Assembly: GCA_026003895.1 (NCBI GenBank)
Contig: BPIC01000001.1
Location: 560,128 to 624,127, forward strand
Length of the DNA stretch: 64,000 bases
Reading direction: 5' to 3'
Source: Dehalococcoidia bacterium
GTDB lineage: Bacteria; Chloroflexota; Dehalococcoidia; SpSt-223
In this document: piece by piece, positions 37,126 through 46,303 of the stretch
Position numbering within the stretch: position 1 is the stretch's first letter
How the letters are laid out: the number at the start of each line of letters is the position of its first letter
Translations under genes and position numbers: made by a program
The notes under the pieces: generated by a model
The model's input: only the letters and a program-made list of their open reading frames with translations
What the model was told of the DNA's origin: nothing
Database searches by the model: none

Positions 37126-37271
37126 AACAGAGGCGTCTCCAAGAGGGTGGGTTGAGCACCGGGCCGTTAGACCGGAATCGGGTCCACCGGTCGAGGAGCC
37201 CCGAACCGCCCGCAACCTTCGGGGTTCGGCGGCACGGTCGCTGATCCAGTCACTCGGAGGAGGCGCCTGTT
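37126..37271 (+). ncRNA. Helix-closed structured RNA element of unknown class (leader, riboswitch candidate or 3' UTR)
   Basis: The closing helix pairs AACA..GGCGUCUCC (37126-37140) with GGAGGCGCC-UGUU (37259-37271). Internal hairpins are GACCGG/CCGGUC (37170-37175 / 37187-37192) and CCCCGAA/UUCGGGG (37199-37205 / 37218-37224). An intrinsic terminator follows immediately. Confidence 0.4.
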
Positions 37272-37272
37272 A

Positions 37273-37309
37273 CCGAGGGTCGAGCCCGCTCGACCCTCGG
37301 TTTCTTTTT
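37273..37309 (+). terminator. Rho-independent terminator
   Basis: A perfect 12-bp stem CCGAGGGTCGAG / CTCGACCCTCGG has loop CCCG and is followed by TTTCTTTTT. Confidence 0.8.
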
Positions 37310-37373
37310 CGGCCCGGTTCCGCCGTATAGTACACGCCATCCTGGTCCGGTTGGACAGCCTCCGGGAGGATGG

Positions 37374-39113
37374 ATGGCGCGCACAATCACCATCGCGACC
37401 AGTCAATATCCGGTCACCTACGACGTGACCGAAAATCTCCATGCGATCCTCTCGCGCATTGCCGAAGCGGCTGACCATGGCGCCGACCTCGTGATGTTCC
37501 CCGAGTTCAGCAACCATGCCGCGCTCTATCGGGATCAGGAGCATTGCTGGGAAGTCGCTGTCGATCCCGCTGGCGACTGGGTTGGAGCGATCCGCGAGGC
37601 GGCGCGTCGGCACAAGATCTGGGTGGTGTTCAACGCCACGACGCGCGGTGAGAAGCCGGCGGTCTATCTTCAGAACTACCTGATCGACCGCCACGGCGAG
37701 GTCGTCGGCACGGCGCGCAAGCAGGTGCTGATCTACCTCGAGAACGACTTTATTCAACCTTCTGATGCTGAGGCGACGGTGTTCGACACCGAGCTCGGTC
37801 GCATCGGGCTGTATAGCTGTATGGATGGCATCGTTCCCGAGACGGCGCGCAATCTCGCGCTGCGCGGCGCCCAACTGTTGCTGAACACGCTCAGCTCCAA
37901 TGCCCGAGACGAGGGAGCGCTCCACATTCCCGTGCGCGCTGCCGAGAACCATGTCTGGGTTGCGTCGTCGTGCAAGTCCGGGCCGCTCGCGCCCCACACC
38001 GAAGTTGTGGATATCATCCTTGAACAAACCGGGATGAAGCGGCATCTCTGGAACGCGCCGGGCGAAAGCCAGATCGTCGACCCGAGCGGGACGCCGGTTG
38101 CCAAGGGTGGCTACGACACCACCGAGCTGGTCTACGCGACGATCCAGCCGGACCTGGCCGACGAGAAGCGCATTCCCGGTGTTGGCGACCTGTTCGCCGA
38201 CCGCCGGCCGGATGTCTACCAGCTCCTGATCGAGCCAAACGACCGGCTGCCGATTGTTACCAATCCGTCGCGGCGACCCGTTGCGCCGCTCCGGGCGGCG
38301 GCGATTCAGGTCGGTCTTGGCAAGAGCGTTGAAGCGACGGTGCTGCGCGCCACCGATCTCGCCCACGAGGCGGCTGACAACGGCGCGACGCTTGTCGTCT
38401 TCCCGGAACTGTTCCCCTTCGCCCCCGGCGCCCCGGGCGCCGATCCGGCGCGCGCCGCCGCCGAGAGCGAGGCGGTGCGCCTCTATCTCGAGCGGTTCAG
38501 CGTCGAGCGCGGCGCAATCGTCGTAGCGAGCCTTGTCGAGCGAGAAGGTGACCACTTCTATCACACCGCTTTCCTCTGGGAGAACGGTGCGCTCGTTGGG
38601 ACGTATCGTCAGGTGCACCTGCGCGAGCCGGATCGCGCGTGGGCGACGGCGGGCGACGACGTTCGCGCCTTCGACACCGCTGCTGGCCGGATCGGGCTGA
38701 TGGTGGGCTACGACGGCCTCTTTCCCGAGATGCCGCGCATGTTGGCGCTGCTCGGCAGCGACCTGGTTCTCTACCCGACGACGTGGTTCGTTGACTGGGA
38801 GCCGGACCTCGCCGTGCCAGAGCGAGCAGCGGAGAACCACCTAAGCATCGTGGCGGCGGTCCGTCCGGATTCGCCCATCGCGCGCGGGAGCATCGTTGCC
38901 ACTGTGCCACGCTTCCCGCAGCCGTTCCGAGGTAAGCTGAACCCCTCGTACCTTACGCTCGCCCCTGCCGGATGCGAGGCGATTCTGTTCCAAACTGTCG
39001 ATCCCGAGGCCTCGCGCAATAAAGTGATGCTCCCGCAGACCGACGCCGTCCTCAACCGGCGCCCCCACCTTTATCGGCCGCTCGTCGAGCCGGCCGTTGG
39101 GATCGCACGGTGA
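37374..39113 (+). CDS. Tandem carbon-nitrogen hydrolase (nitrilase superfamily) protein; domain 1 catalytic, domain 2 lacks Lys and Cys
   Basis: 579 aa. Domain 1 has MFPEF (Glu), ARKQVLI (Lys) and IGLYSCMDG (Cys codon 37818-37820). Domain 2 has VFPELF (Glu), but YRQVHL (Gln codon 38610-38612 in place of Lys) and IGLMVGYDG (Gly codon 38706-38708 in place of Cys). Confidence 0.85.
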   Translation: MARTITIATSQYPVTYDVTENLHAILSRIAEAADHGADLVMFPEFSNHAALYRDQEHCWEVAVDPAGDWVGAIREAARRHKIWVVFNATTRGEKPAVYLQNYLIDRHGEVVGTARKQVLIYLENDFIQPSDAEATVFDTELGRIGLYSCMDGIVPETARNLALRGAQLLLNTLSSNARDEGALHIPVRAAENHVWVASSCKSGPLAPHTEVVDIILEQTGMKRHLWNAPGESQIVDPSGTPVAKGGYDTTELVYATIQPDLADEKRIPGVGDLFADRRPDVYQLLIEPNDRLPIVTNPSRRPVAPLRAAAIQVGLGKSVEATVLRATDLAHEAADNGATLVVFPELFPFAPGAPGADPARAAAESEAVRLYLERFSVERGAIVVASLVEREGDHFYHTAFLWENGALVGTYRQVHLREPDRAWATAGDDVRAFDTAAGRIGLMVGYDGLFPEMPRMLALLGSDLVLYPTTWFVDWEPDLAVPERAAENHLSIVAAVRPDSPIARGSIVATVPRFPQPFRGKLNPSYLTLAPAGCEAILFQTVDPEASRNKVMLPQTDAVLNRRPHLYRPLVEPAVGIAR

Positions 39114-39430
39114 GCCGTTCCTGTGCCGAGACGGTCGCCTGCGCGGTCGCGGTGGTCGGTGCGCCCGGCAACCCGGTCGCGTTCCGGCCTCGGGATGGGC
39201 TGCCAATCGCCGAGCCGATCGCCGAGGCCGATCGGTGGCCGCAGGCTGCCCAGTCGAGGATTACCGACCCGGGTAGCGTGTGGATCGGGCCGAACGGCGG
39301 CTTGCCGCTCTTCCGAGACGGCAAGCTGGTCGGCGGTGTCGGCGGCTTGAAAGGGACGGGCGGCGAGACGATCGCGTGCCCAGCATCCGGCCGGCAGGTA
39401 GCTCATCGGGGAGGGAAAGGAGCACTATGA
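39110..39430 (+). CDS. Short GlcG/HbpS-like (DUF336) protein
   Basis: GTG 39110 overlaps the upstream stop (GTGA). 106 aa. The DUF336-like core is VACAVAVVG..GNPVAF and GGLPLFRDGKLVGGVGG. It is shorter and more divergent than typical members. Confidence 0.55.
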   Translation: MSRSCAETVACAVAVVGAPGNPVAFRPRDGLPIAEPIAEADRWPQAAQSRITDPGSVWIGPNGGLPLFRDGKLVGGVGGLKGTGGETIACPASGRQVAHRGGKGAL

Positions 39431-40305
39431 CCCAGCTCGACGAACAGATCATCGCGTTGCCCGGCGACGATAGCGAGCCGCTCGACGAACGGCTGGACGG
39501 CGGAATCCCTGCGTGGCTCGTTCAGACCCGCGTCGGAGGGATGGGCTATCGCCACGTCGGTGACGAGCAGGCGCCGGTTGTCGTCCTCGTTCACGCGGTG
39601 CCACTCTCCTCGCTGGCCTGGGTGAGCGTGCTGCCACACCTCGCCGCGCGGGGCCTCCAAGTCTATGCGGTGGACATGCCGGGCAGCGGCGCGACGCCAC
39701 CAGCGCCTCAGCCGCTCTCGGTGCAAGGCTACGCTGATGCGCTCGGCGCCTTTGTCGATGCGCTCGGCCTCGAGCGATTCGGCTTGATCGGTCACGCCTC
39801 CCATGCAGCGGCGGCGCTCCGCTACACCGTAGACCACCCGGAGCGTGTCGCGGGACTGGTGCTCTCCAAGCTCCCCTATGTCGACGAGGCCGGGAAGGAG
39901 CGGATGGGCCGCGCCACCGCAACGTGGTATCACGCCGACGGCTCGGCAGCGATGCCGCCGATCGACCAATGGAACCCGCGGCCTCAGGTGAACGAGCAGC
40001 GATTTCGAGTCATGACGATGCGGATGAACTTCGACATGTACCGCGCCGGGCCGCGCTCCGCCGAGGGACACAACGCGCTGGCGAGCTACGACTTCTTGCC
40101 GGATCTGGCAGCGCTCCGTGTGCCGACCCGCTTCGTCTGGGCCTCTGGCGATCACTTCATGGCGCACCGCGACCTGATCCTCAACGCGGCAGCGCACCTG
40201 CGTCCATCAATCCGAATCGTCGAGGGTGCTACCTCGTGGCCGATGTATGAACGACCGCGTGCCTGGGCGGAGGCGACCGGCTCGTTCTTCGCGAAAGGGG
40301 GCTGA
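39427..40305 (+). CDS. Alpha/beta-fold hydrolase
   Basis: ATG 39427 overlaps the upstream stop (ATGA). The oxyanion region is VVLVHAVP. The nucleophile elbow is GHASHAAA (GxSxG-like G-H-A-S-H-A). A C-terminal His is present (GDHFMAHRD). Confidence 0.8.
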   Translation: MTQLDEQIIALPGDDSEPLDERLDGGIPAWLVQTRVGGMGYRHVGDEQAPVVVLVHAVPLSSLAWVSVLPHLAARGLQVYAVDMPGSGATPPAPQPLSVQGYADALGAFVDALGLERFGLIGHASHAAAALRYTVDHPERVAGLVLSKLPYVDEAGKERMGRATATWYHADGSAAMPPIDQWNPRPQVNEQRFRVMTMRMNFDMYRAGPRSAEGHNALASYDFLPDLAALRVPTRFVWASGDHFMAHRDLILNAAAHLRPSIRIVEGATSWPMYERPRAWAEATGSFFAKGG

Positions 40306-40645
40306 CGGGGCGCCGCTGACGAACGAACCGTCCGCAGGCAAGGCAGTGACGAGATGCGCCTGCTGCCACGCGGCTTCGGCATGCGGACGTCTCGTCGCGA
40401 CCAGCAGGCAGCGCCGTCGTGCGTGAGGTGGGGTTAAACGAAAGCGCCCCGAGTGACCGGTTTCCGTTTCGAGGACTTCAGAGCATTCGACTTCGGGGAA
40501 AACTCCCCAACCTCGGTTTGCTCAGCTGACCTCGATTGGCTCCTTGCCACTCGGGACATCCTCAGTATCGCAGGTTGCTGGGGCAGGCGCAAGGGGCTGA
40601 GACGATCGGATAGTTATACGAAATATCCTCTGCATGAATAACTGC

Positions 40646-42262
40646 TTATGGTTGTCTCAGCACCTCGTCGATGCGCAGTGCGAGGTGAAAGGCGAGCTGG
40701 GCGCGCGGGTCGTCCGGGTCGCGGCCGGTGATTTCGCGAATGCGCTGCAGCCGGTAGAGCAGCGTATTGCGATGGAGATGAAGCCGTTCGGCGGCTTCAG
40801 TCGGGCTGGCGTGCGCGTCAAAATAGACAGCGAGCGTCTGGACGAGCTGCGTTTTATTGCGCCGGTCGTAGGCGGCGAGCCGCTCCAGCCAATCGTCGCG
40901 GAACGCTTGGAGCAGCGGCGAAGGCCCGAGGCTCATCAGCAGCTCGTCTGCCCCGAGATCGCTGACCAAGCACCACGCGTCCGGGCCAGCGGTCCGGACC
41001 GCGTAGTCGAGCGTCCGGCGGGCGATCCGAAGTGCATCACGCAGGCCGTCCGCGCCGCTCGCCGGACGAGACAGCGCCGCTGCGAGATGGCCGCCCAGCC
41101 CTGCGAGCCCGTCGCGCAGTTGACCAACGACCAGTTGTACCGCCTCGGGCGTCAGGCTCACGGGCAGCAGCACAAGCGCGCCCGTCGCGTCGAGCCGAAT
41201 CGCGGCCGGCAGCGAACGGCGCGCCAGCTCACGCCGGAGCAGCCGCTCGAGGGCGCGCGTCGCCGGCGCTCCTTCAGCGTCGATGCCCCGGAGTGCCAGT
41301 GCCCGCTGCGGCGCGGTCAGGTCGCAGCCCAGCCGTTGCGCTCGCCCGAGAATCGCCGCCTCGCTCGGGTAGCTGCCGGCAAGCAATTCGTCGAGCACCT
41401 CGGCGAGGCGGAGGTCGCTGTCGGAGCGAGCGGCTCGCTCGCGGGCAAAGTCGATGGCGCAGGCCGCGGCAGCCCGGCTGACCGCCAAGCGCTCGAACGC
41501 GCCGAGCTCAGACGGCGCCCCGATGACGGAGAGATAGCCGTCACGGCCATGCGGGCCGCCGATCGGGGCGACGATCCGCGCCAGCCCATCCTGCGGGAGC
41601 GGTAGGCGGATCGTCGGCGGGTCGGAGGCGTTGGCCGCCATGGCGTGCAACCGGGCGATGTCCTCCGCTCGCTGACCGCCGACGAGCGCCGCGAGATCGC
41701 CGCGAGGGCTGCCGCCCGGCGGCAGGCGGATCGCGAGCAGGTTGAGCGCAGGATCTTGCAGCACCGCCGGACGGCTGGTTAGTGCGGCAAGCTTGGCAAC
41801 GACCGCCTCGACGCCCCGCCCGGCGACGACGATCTCGAGGAGTTGGTGATAGAGGTCTTGGCCGACGCGCTGGAGTTCGGCGCGCCGCTCGACGATCGCA
41901 CGCGTCACCCGGGCCTCAAGGTCGCGGGCGCTGACCGTTTCTGGGATTTGGATCACCGGCAAACCGAGCCGGCTGGCGGCACGCCGGGCGTCGTCGTCGA
42001 CCGTCCCGGCGACTGCCACCGCCGCCACGCCGAGGCCCGCGATCTGCTCGATCAGCCGGGCGAGCGTCAGGCGGTCATCCAATTGGTGCATGGTGGCGAG
42101 CGACACGATCGCCAACTCGCCGCCCTTCAGTCCCTCGAATGCCGGCGGGCGCGAGCGCAGCGCCGCCGCCCACGAAACATCGACGCCAAGATGGTCCGCT
42201 CCGGTGACGACGGTCGCATCCGGCGCGAGGGTGGTGTGAAGCAGGTCGTCGATCGTCAGCAT
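40646..42262 (-). CDS. PucR/CdaR-family transcriptional regulator
   Basis: 538 aa. An N-terminal PucR-like sensor region is followed by a GGDEF-like middle region. The C-terminal HTH is AAERLHLHRNTLLYRLQRIREITGRD. GGGAGGAAAG lies upstream of ATG 42262. Confidence 0.85.
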   Translation of the reverse strand: MLTIDDLLHTTLAPDATVVTGADHLGVDVSWAAALRSRPPAFEGLKGGELAIVSLATMHQLDDRLTLARLIEQIAGLGVAAVAVAGTVDDDARRAASRLGLPVIQIPETVSARDLEARVTRAIVERRAELQRVGQDLYHQLLEIVVAGRGVEAVVAKLAALTSRPAVLQDPALNLLAIRLPPGGSPRGDLAALVGGQRAEDIARLHAMAANASDPPTIRLPLPQDGLARIVAPIGGPHGRDGYLSVIGAPSELGAFERLAVSRAAAACAIDFARERAARSDSDLRLAEVLDELLAGSYPSEAAILGRAQRLGCDLTAPQRALALRGIDAEGAPATRALERLLRRELARRSLPAAIRLDATGALVLLPVSLTPEAVQLVVGQLRDGLAGLGGHLAAALSRPASGADGLRDALRIARRTLDYAVRTAGPDAWCLVSDLGADELLMSLGPSPLLQAFRDDWLERLAAYDRRNKTQLVQTLAVYFDAHASPTEAAERLHLHRNTLLYRLQRIREITGRDPDDPRAQLAFHLALRIDEVLRQP

Positions 42263-42290
42263 GGCGTCGCTTTCCTCCCTCGACAGGACC

Positions 42291-42327
42291 GCGAAAGGCG
42301 GAAGAGCGCTCGCGCCCTTCCGCCTTT
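42291..42327 (-). terminator. Intrinsic terminator after glnA
   Basis: On the minus strand, AAAGGCGGAAG-12 nt-CTTCCGCCTTT (an 11-bp stem) is followed by TTTCG. A second 8-bp hairpin TCGAGGGC/GCCCTCGA lies directly after the glnA stop. Confidence 0.6.
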
Positions 42328-42357
42328 TGGTGTCGCGGTCGAGGGCAACGCCCTCGA

Positions 42358-43806
42358 TTAGACGTCGTAGTAGAGATGGAACTCGTACGGATGCGGGCGC
42401 AGGGCGACGGGGTCGACCTCCCGCTCGCGCTTGTACTCGATGTAGGTCTCGATCAGGTCCTTCGTGAACACGCCGCCCTTCAGCAGGTATTCATGGTCCT
42501 TTTCGAGCGCATCGAGCGACTCGGCGAGCGAGCCCGGTGTGCTCTGGACGTTCATCGCCTCCTCGGGCTCCAACTCGTAGAGGTCCTTGTCCAGCGGTGC
42601 GGGTGGCTCGATCCGGTTCTGGATGCCGTCGAGGCCGGCCATCAACATCGCCGAGAAGGCAAGGTACGGGTTGCAGGAGGGGTCCGGCGCTCGGAACTCG
42701 ACGCGGCGCGCCTTGGGGCTGTTGGAGTAGGTCGGGATGCGGCAAATCGCCGAGCGGTTGCGCTGAGAATAGATCAGGTTGACCGGCGCTTCGTATCCCG
42801 GTACCAACCGGCGGTAGCTGTTTGTCGTCGGTGCGGCGAAGGCGAGGATCGAGGCGGCGTGCTTCAGCAGCCCGCCGATGTACCAGCGAGCGGTATCGGA
42901 AAGCAGCGCATAGCCGTTCGGGTCGTAGAAGAGCGGCTGGCCGTTCTTCCAGAGGCTCTGATGGGTGTGCATCCCGGAGCCGTTGTCACCAAACATCGGC
43001 TTCGGCATGAACGTCGCGGTGTAGCCGTTCTGGAAGCAGACGTTCTTGACAATGTGCTTGTACTTGCAGACATTGTCGGCCATCTTGACCAACGTCGCGA
43101 AGCGCATGTCGATCTCGGCTTGGCCAGCGGTCGCCACCTCGTGGTGGTGCACTTCGACCTCGATGCCAGCTTCGATCATCGCCAGCACGATCTTGGACCG
43201 AAGGTCTTGCAACCGGTCAACCGGCGGGGTCGGGAAGTAGCCTCCCTTTTCGCGCGGCCGGTAGCCAAGGTTCGGTGCGCCACCATCCAAGCCGCTATTC
43301 CAAATACCTTCCTCGGAGTCGATGAAGTAGAAGGCGCTCTGGGTGTTGGAGCCAAAGCGAATGTTGTTGAAGATGAAGAACTCGGCCTCGGGGCCCCAGT
43401 AGCTGGTGTCGGCAATCCCGGTGGTTGTCAGGTACTGTTCGGCTTTCAGCGCGACATAGCGCGGGTCGCGGCTATACGCCTCACCAGTGATCGGGTCCTT
43501 GATCGTGCAGATCAGCGACAGCGTCGGGATCTCGCAGGCCGGATCCATGAACGCGGTCGTCGGGTCGGGAATGAGCAGCATGTCGCTTTCGTTGATCTTC
43601 TGGAACCCGCGGATCGATGAGCCGTCGAATCCCAATCCTTCGGTAAAGACGTCCTCATCGAGCGTGTGCGCCGGGATCGAGAAGTGCTGCCACGTGCCCG
43701 GCAGGTCGATGAATTTCACATCGACGAACTTGACGTCGCTCTTGCGGATGAACTCGACGACGTCCTTGGGGGTGGAGAGCCCCTGAACCTTCGCTTCAAC
43801 AACCAT
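42358..43806 (-). CDS. glnA: Glutamine synthetase type I
   Basis: ATG 43806 follows GGGAGA. Motifs are [37 protein letters not shown] and [13 protein letters not shown]. The longer ORF start at 43851 lacks an RBS. Confidence 0.95.
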   Translation of the reverse strand: MVVEAKVQGLSTPKDVVEFIRKSDVKFVDVKFIDLPGTWQHFSIPAHTLDEDVFTEGLGFDGSSIRGFQKINESDMLLIPDPTTAFMDPACEIPTLSLICTIKDPITGEAYSRDPRYVALKAEQYLTTTGIADTSYWGPEAEFFIFNNIRFGSNTQSAFYFIDSEEGIWNSGLDGGAPNLGYRPREKGGYFPTPPVDRLQDLRSKIVLAMIEAGIEVEVHHHEVATAGQAEIDMRFATLVKMADNVCKYKHIVKNVCFQNGYTATFMPKPMFGDNGSGMHTHQSLWKNGQPLFYDPNGYALLSDTARWYIGGLLKHAASILAFAAPTTNSYRRLVPGYEAPVNLIYSQRNRSAICRIPTYSNSPKARRVEFRAPDPSCNPYLAFSAMLMAGLDGIQNRIEPPAPLDKDLYELEPEEAMNVQSTPGSLAESLDALEKDHEYLLKGGVFTKDLIETYIEYKREREVDPVALRPHPYEFHLYYDV

Positions 43807-43840
43807 TGATCGGTTCTCCCTTGCCCTGGGCATTCGCCCA

Positions 43841-43869
43841 ACTTCGTACACTGGAAGTTTCTACGAAGT
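43841..43869. promoter_or_regulatory. Inverted repeat ACTTCGTA-N13-TACGAAGT upstream of glnA
   Basis: 8-bp perfect arms (43841-43848 / 43862-43869) lie 35-63 nt upstream of the glnA ATG on the minus strand. It could be an operator or a 5' UTR hairpin. Confidence 0.3.
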
Positions 43870-43986
43870 CAGGACCGAGCACTACTGGCACATTCCCTAG
43901 AAACTCCAGCTCATCTTTGTGCAATACGCCCAAATTAAGCCTAGCCGAACGTCTGACCACCGTGCCAGCCCGCGCTGGGCGGCCCG

Positions 43987-44502
43987 TCAGGGGACGTGCG
44001 ACGTATTGTATTCTGGCGATTTGCCCAAAGCCTGGGACTCAAGAGGTCGCCGAAGGGGGCCAAAGACGTTGGCAACGATATAGCGCGGAATCTCCCAGAC
44101 AGACTGTGGGAGGCTGCGTCGGACCGGCCTTGTGCGGATCGCCCGAAGGGAAAAGCCCCGCCGGGCGCGCCACGCAAAGGAGAAAAACCGGGCTGGGACG
44201 CGGTTGCCCCAGATGTCGAGCAGCAAATGGAGAACGGGCGAGCCAACACTGGCGAGTGCCAGCCGGCTGCCGCCCCGCGCCCACGCTGCCACCGCGACAA
44301 CCGCCCACAGCTCCCACGAGTGAAGGACAAAGGTCAGCCGGATCTCCTCACGACGCGCGTTCAAGATGTAGTCGGGAAGGTGATCGAGATCGATCAGCGT
44401 ACCGGAAAGGAACGTCCAGAGCGCGGCCCGGCGATCGCCGGTCAGCCCCCACTGGGCAAGGGCCAGGGCACCGCTGACGGCGACATGATACACCGGGCGC
44501 AT
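43987..44502 (-). CDS. Membrane-bound metal-dependent hydrolase (YdjM/DUF457-like)
   Basis: 171 aa with hydrophobic segments and His-rich motifs (LIDLDHLPDY, VLHSWE, HLLLDIW). Confidence 0.6.
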   Translation of the reverse strand: MRPVYHVAVSGALALAQWGLTGDRRAALWTFLSGTLIDLDHLPDYILNARREEIRLTFVLHSWELWAVVAVAAWARGGSRLALASVGSPVLHLLLDIWGNRVPARFFSFAWRARRGFSLRAIRTRPVRRSLPQSVWEIPRYIVANVFGPLRRPLESQALGKSPEYNTSHVP

Positions 44503-44537
44503 GGGCCTCCTCGCTGGCCTCGAGAGGGTAGCTCGGC

Positions 44538-45641
44538 TTACTCGGCCGGCCGCGCCGGCGCTTGGAATACCTCATCCAACACGCGCCGCAGGCCGGCCGT
44601 GTCAATCAGCTGGATCGCGGCCCCTTGCGAGGTCGTGAAGCTGTGGCTTGGCACCGTGCGGATAACCATGTTGCGGGTTTCGATGGTAGCGGCAAGGCGG
44701 GCAAGGGCCAAGATTTCCGCAGGCTTCATGTCGGTCTGGACGGTGTCCTTCATCTCGACCATCAGTCGCGGCAGTTTGGGCAGCAGGTCGAGCGTCAGCG
44801 CCTTTTCCCGCGCCGCAATCATCAGTTGCTGCTGGCGGCTGGCACGGTAAATGTCGGAGTCCTGATGCCGGGAGCGCGCGTACATCAGGGCGCGTGCGCC
44901 ATCCATATGCTGCAACCCCGGCGCAAAATAGATGCGCTGATACCCGTAATACTCGGTTGGGTACTCGTTGTCTTTCAGCGGTCGCGGCACGTCAACGGTC
45001 AGCCCGCCGAGCGTGTCGACGACCTTGATGAAGCCATTGAAGTCGATATAGGCAACGAAGTGAATCGGGATGCCGAGGTTGTAGGAAACGACGCGTTTGG
45101 CGAGCGCTGGTCCGCCGCCCGGGTAGCGCGTGGCGCGCGCGTGCACCCACGTGGCGTTGATGCGGTCCTCGCGCCAGCCGCCGCTAATCGGGTAGACCAC
45201 CCAAACGTCGCGCGGGATCGAGAGGATGCCAGCGGAGCCCGTCGCCGGGTCGATGGTCACCACCATGTTGGTGTCGGCGCGGGCCCAATCGCCGCCTTCA
45301 TCCTCGCGGTTATCCAGCCCGATGAGCAGAATATTGACCCGCTCGCGTCCGCCCCAGACCGGCCCGGTGTCGGGCTGCGGCCCGCCGGGGGCATTGAAGG
45401 CCGTTTGGGCCTGTTCGGCGGCGCGGCGGGCGACGTCGGCCCAAGCAACGGCGATCGTCCCGGTCCGCTGCACAAAGGTCGCGCCGAACAAGAGGCTCCC
45501 GCTGAAGAAGAACGAGAGACTCGTGGCGATGACGATGCGGATCGCCCAACGCCCGAGCCGGCGGCGCGTTTCTGGTGATAGCCCGCCAGCGGTTCGGCGG
45601 CGGGGCGGTTTTGGGTGAGACTGCTTGCGATGTGGTTTCAT
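44538..45641 (-). CDS. LytR-CpsA-Psr (LCP) family cell-envelope glycopolymer transferase
   Basis: Start is ATG 45641 (MKPHRKQ...). A basic tail and one TM segment precede the LCP core NILLIGLDNR...RADTNMVVTIDP...ILSIPRDVWV. Confidence 0.8.
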   Translation of the reverse strand: MKPHRKQSHPKPPRRRTAGGLSPETRRRLGRWAIRIVIATSLSFFFSGSLLFGATFVQRTGTIAVAWADVARRAAEQAQTAFNAPGGPQPDTGPVWGGRERVNILLIGLDNREDEGGDWARADTNMVVTIDPATGSAGILSIPRDVWVVYPISGGWREDRINATWVHARATRYPGGGPALAKRVVSYNLGIPIHFVAYIDFNGFIKVVDTLGGLTVDVPRPLKDNEYPTEYYGYQRIYFAPGLQHMDGARALMYARSRHQDSDIYRASRQQQLMIAAREKALTLDLLPKLPRLMVEMKDTVQTDMKPAEILALARLAATIETRNMVIRTVPSHSFTTSQGAAIQLIDTAGLRRVLDEVFQAPARPAE

Positions 45642-46303
45642 ACGCGCTACCGCGGCGTTGCCCCGGTTGCGGGAGTATATACGGCCCGCGAGGCATCTCG
45701 GCGAGGCGGTGGGGCGCGTCGCTGTCGCTCGGGACGAGACGATTGCTGCCAGCGTTGTCCTCCGCCGTCGACGTGGCAGGACGGCGGCCGCACACTCCGC
45801 GAGGAGGAACGCCGAGAGGGTCAATCTTCCGAGCCCGGTTGCGAGCGAGACCTGTTCGGGGAGCGTGCTGCACCACTTGCGGACGATCGCCGGCGTAGGC
45901 GCTTCCCGTCGGAATGATTGGCGAGCGTGCGCACTGTGCTCTCACCTCGCGGCGATGTGGGGAATCGCGCGTCGTTGGGCGACGCATTGTTCCTCCCGCA
46001 CTGCAGCCTTGCGGCCATCCGCCGGGTCCCCCGGCTGGTGACGCCGCCTCGCTCGCTTTGCCGAAGCAGCCGGCGCCTCGGGCGGTAACCGGACGTTCGC
46101 TGCCCCGCGGCGTCGCGTGTGACGTTCCTGATCGCCGTCGTTGCGCCGAAGCCGCACGTGTCTCGCAGGCATGAGCAGGCCTCCGGCGCCGCACGCGCGC
46201 GTCAAGCCGTCCGTTGGATCAGCGCAACCCCTGCAGGACCCTCTCCGTCTTAACACTCAGTTTCCCGTGGCATGCTCGCAGCGCCACCCTCAGGAGAAGA
46301 ACA

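Noticed and set aside
37126-37271. Identity of the structured RNA as SRP RNA, tmRNA, RNase P RNA or 6S RNA
   Set aside because: I looked for the conserved cores (GGUCCGGAAGGAAGCAGC of SRP, the tRNA-like ends of tmRNA, GAGGAAAGUCCGGGC of RNase P) on both strands and found none. The class is left open.
37167-38840. 557-aa minus-strand ORF opposite the C-N hydrolase gene
   Set aside because: It is an antisense shadow. The plus-strand product has two complete nitrilase-fold domains with motif conservation.
40306-40645. 62-aa plus-strand ORF (40453-40641) in the AT-richer gap between the hydrolase operon and the PucR-type gene
   Set aside because: It has no RBS, an unremarkable sequence and lies between two convergent gene ends. 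It is more likely terminator or spacer DNA.
42376-43620. 414-aa plus-strand ORF inside glnA
   Set aside because: It is antisense to an unmistakable glutamine synthetase.
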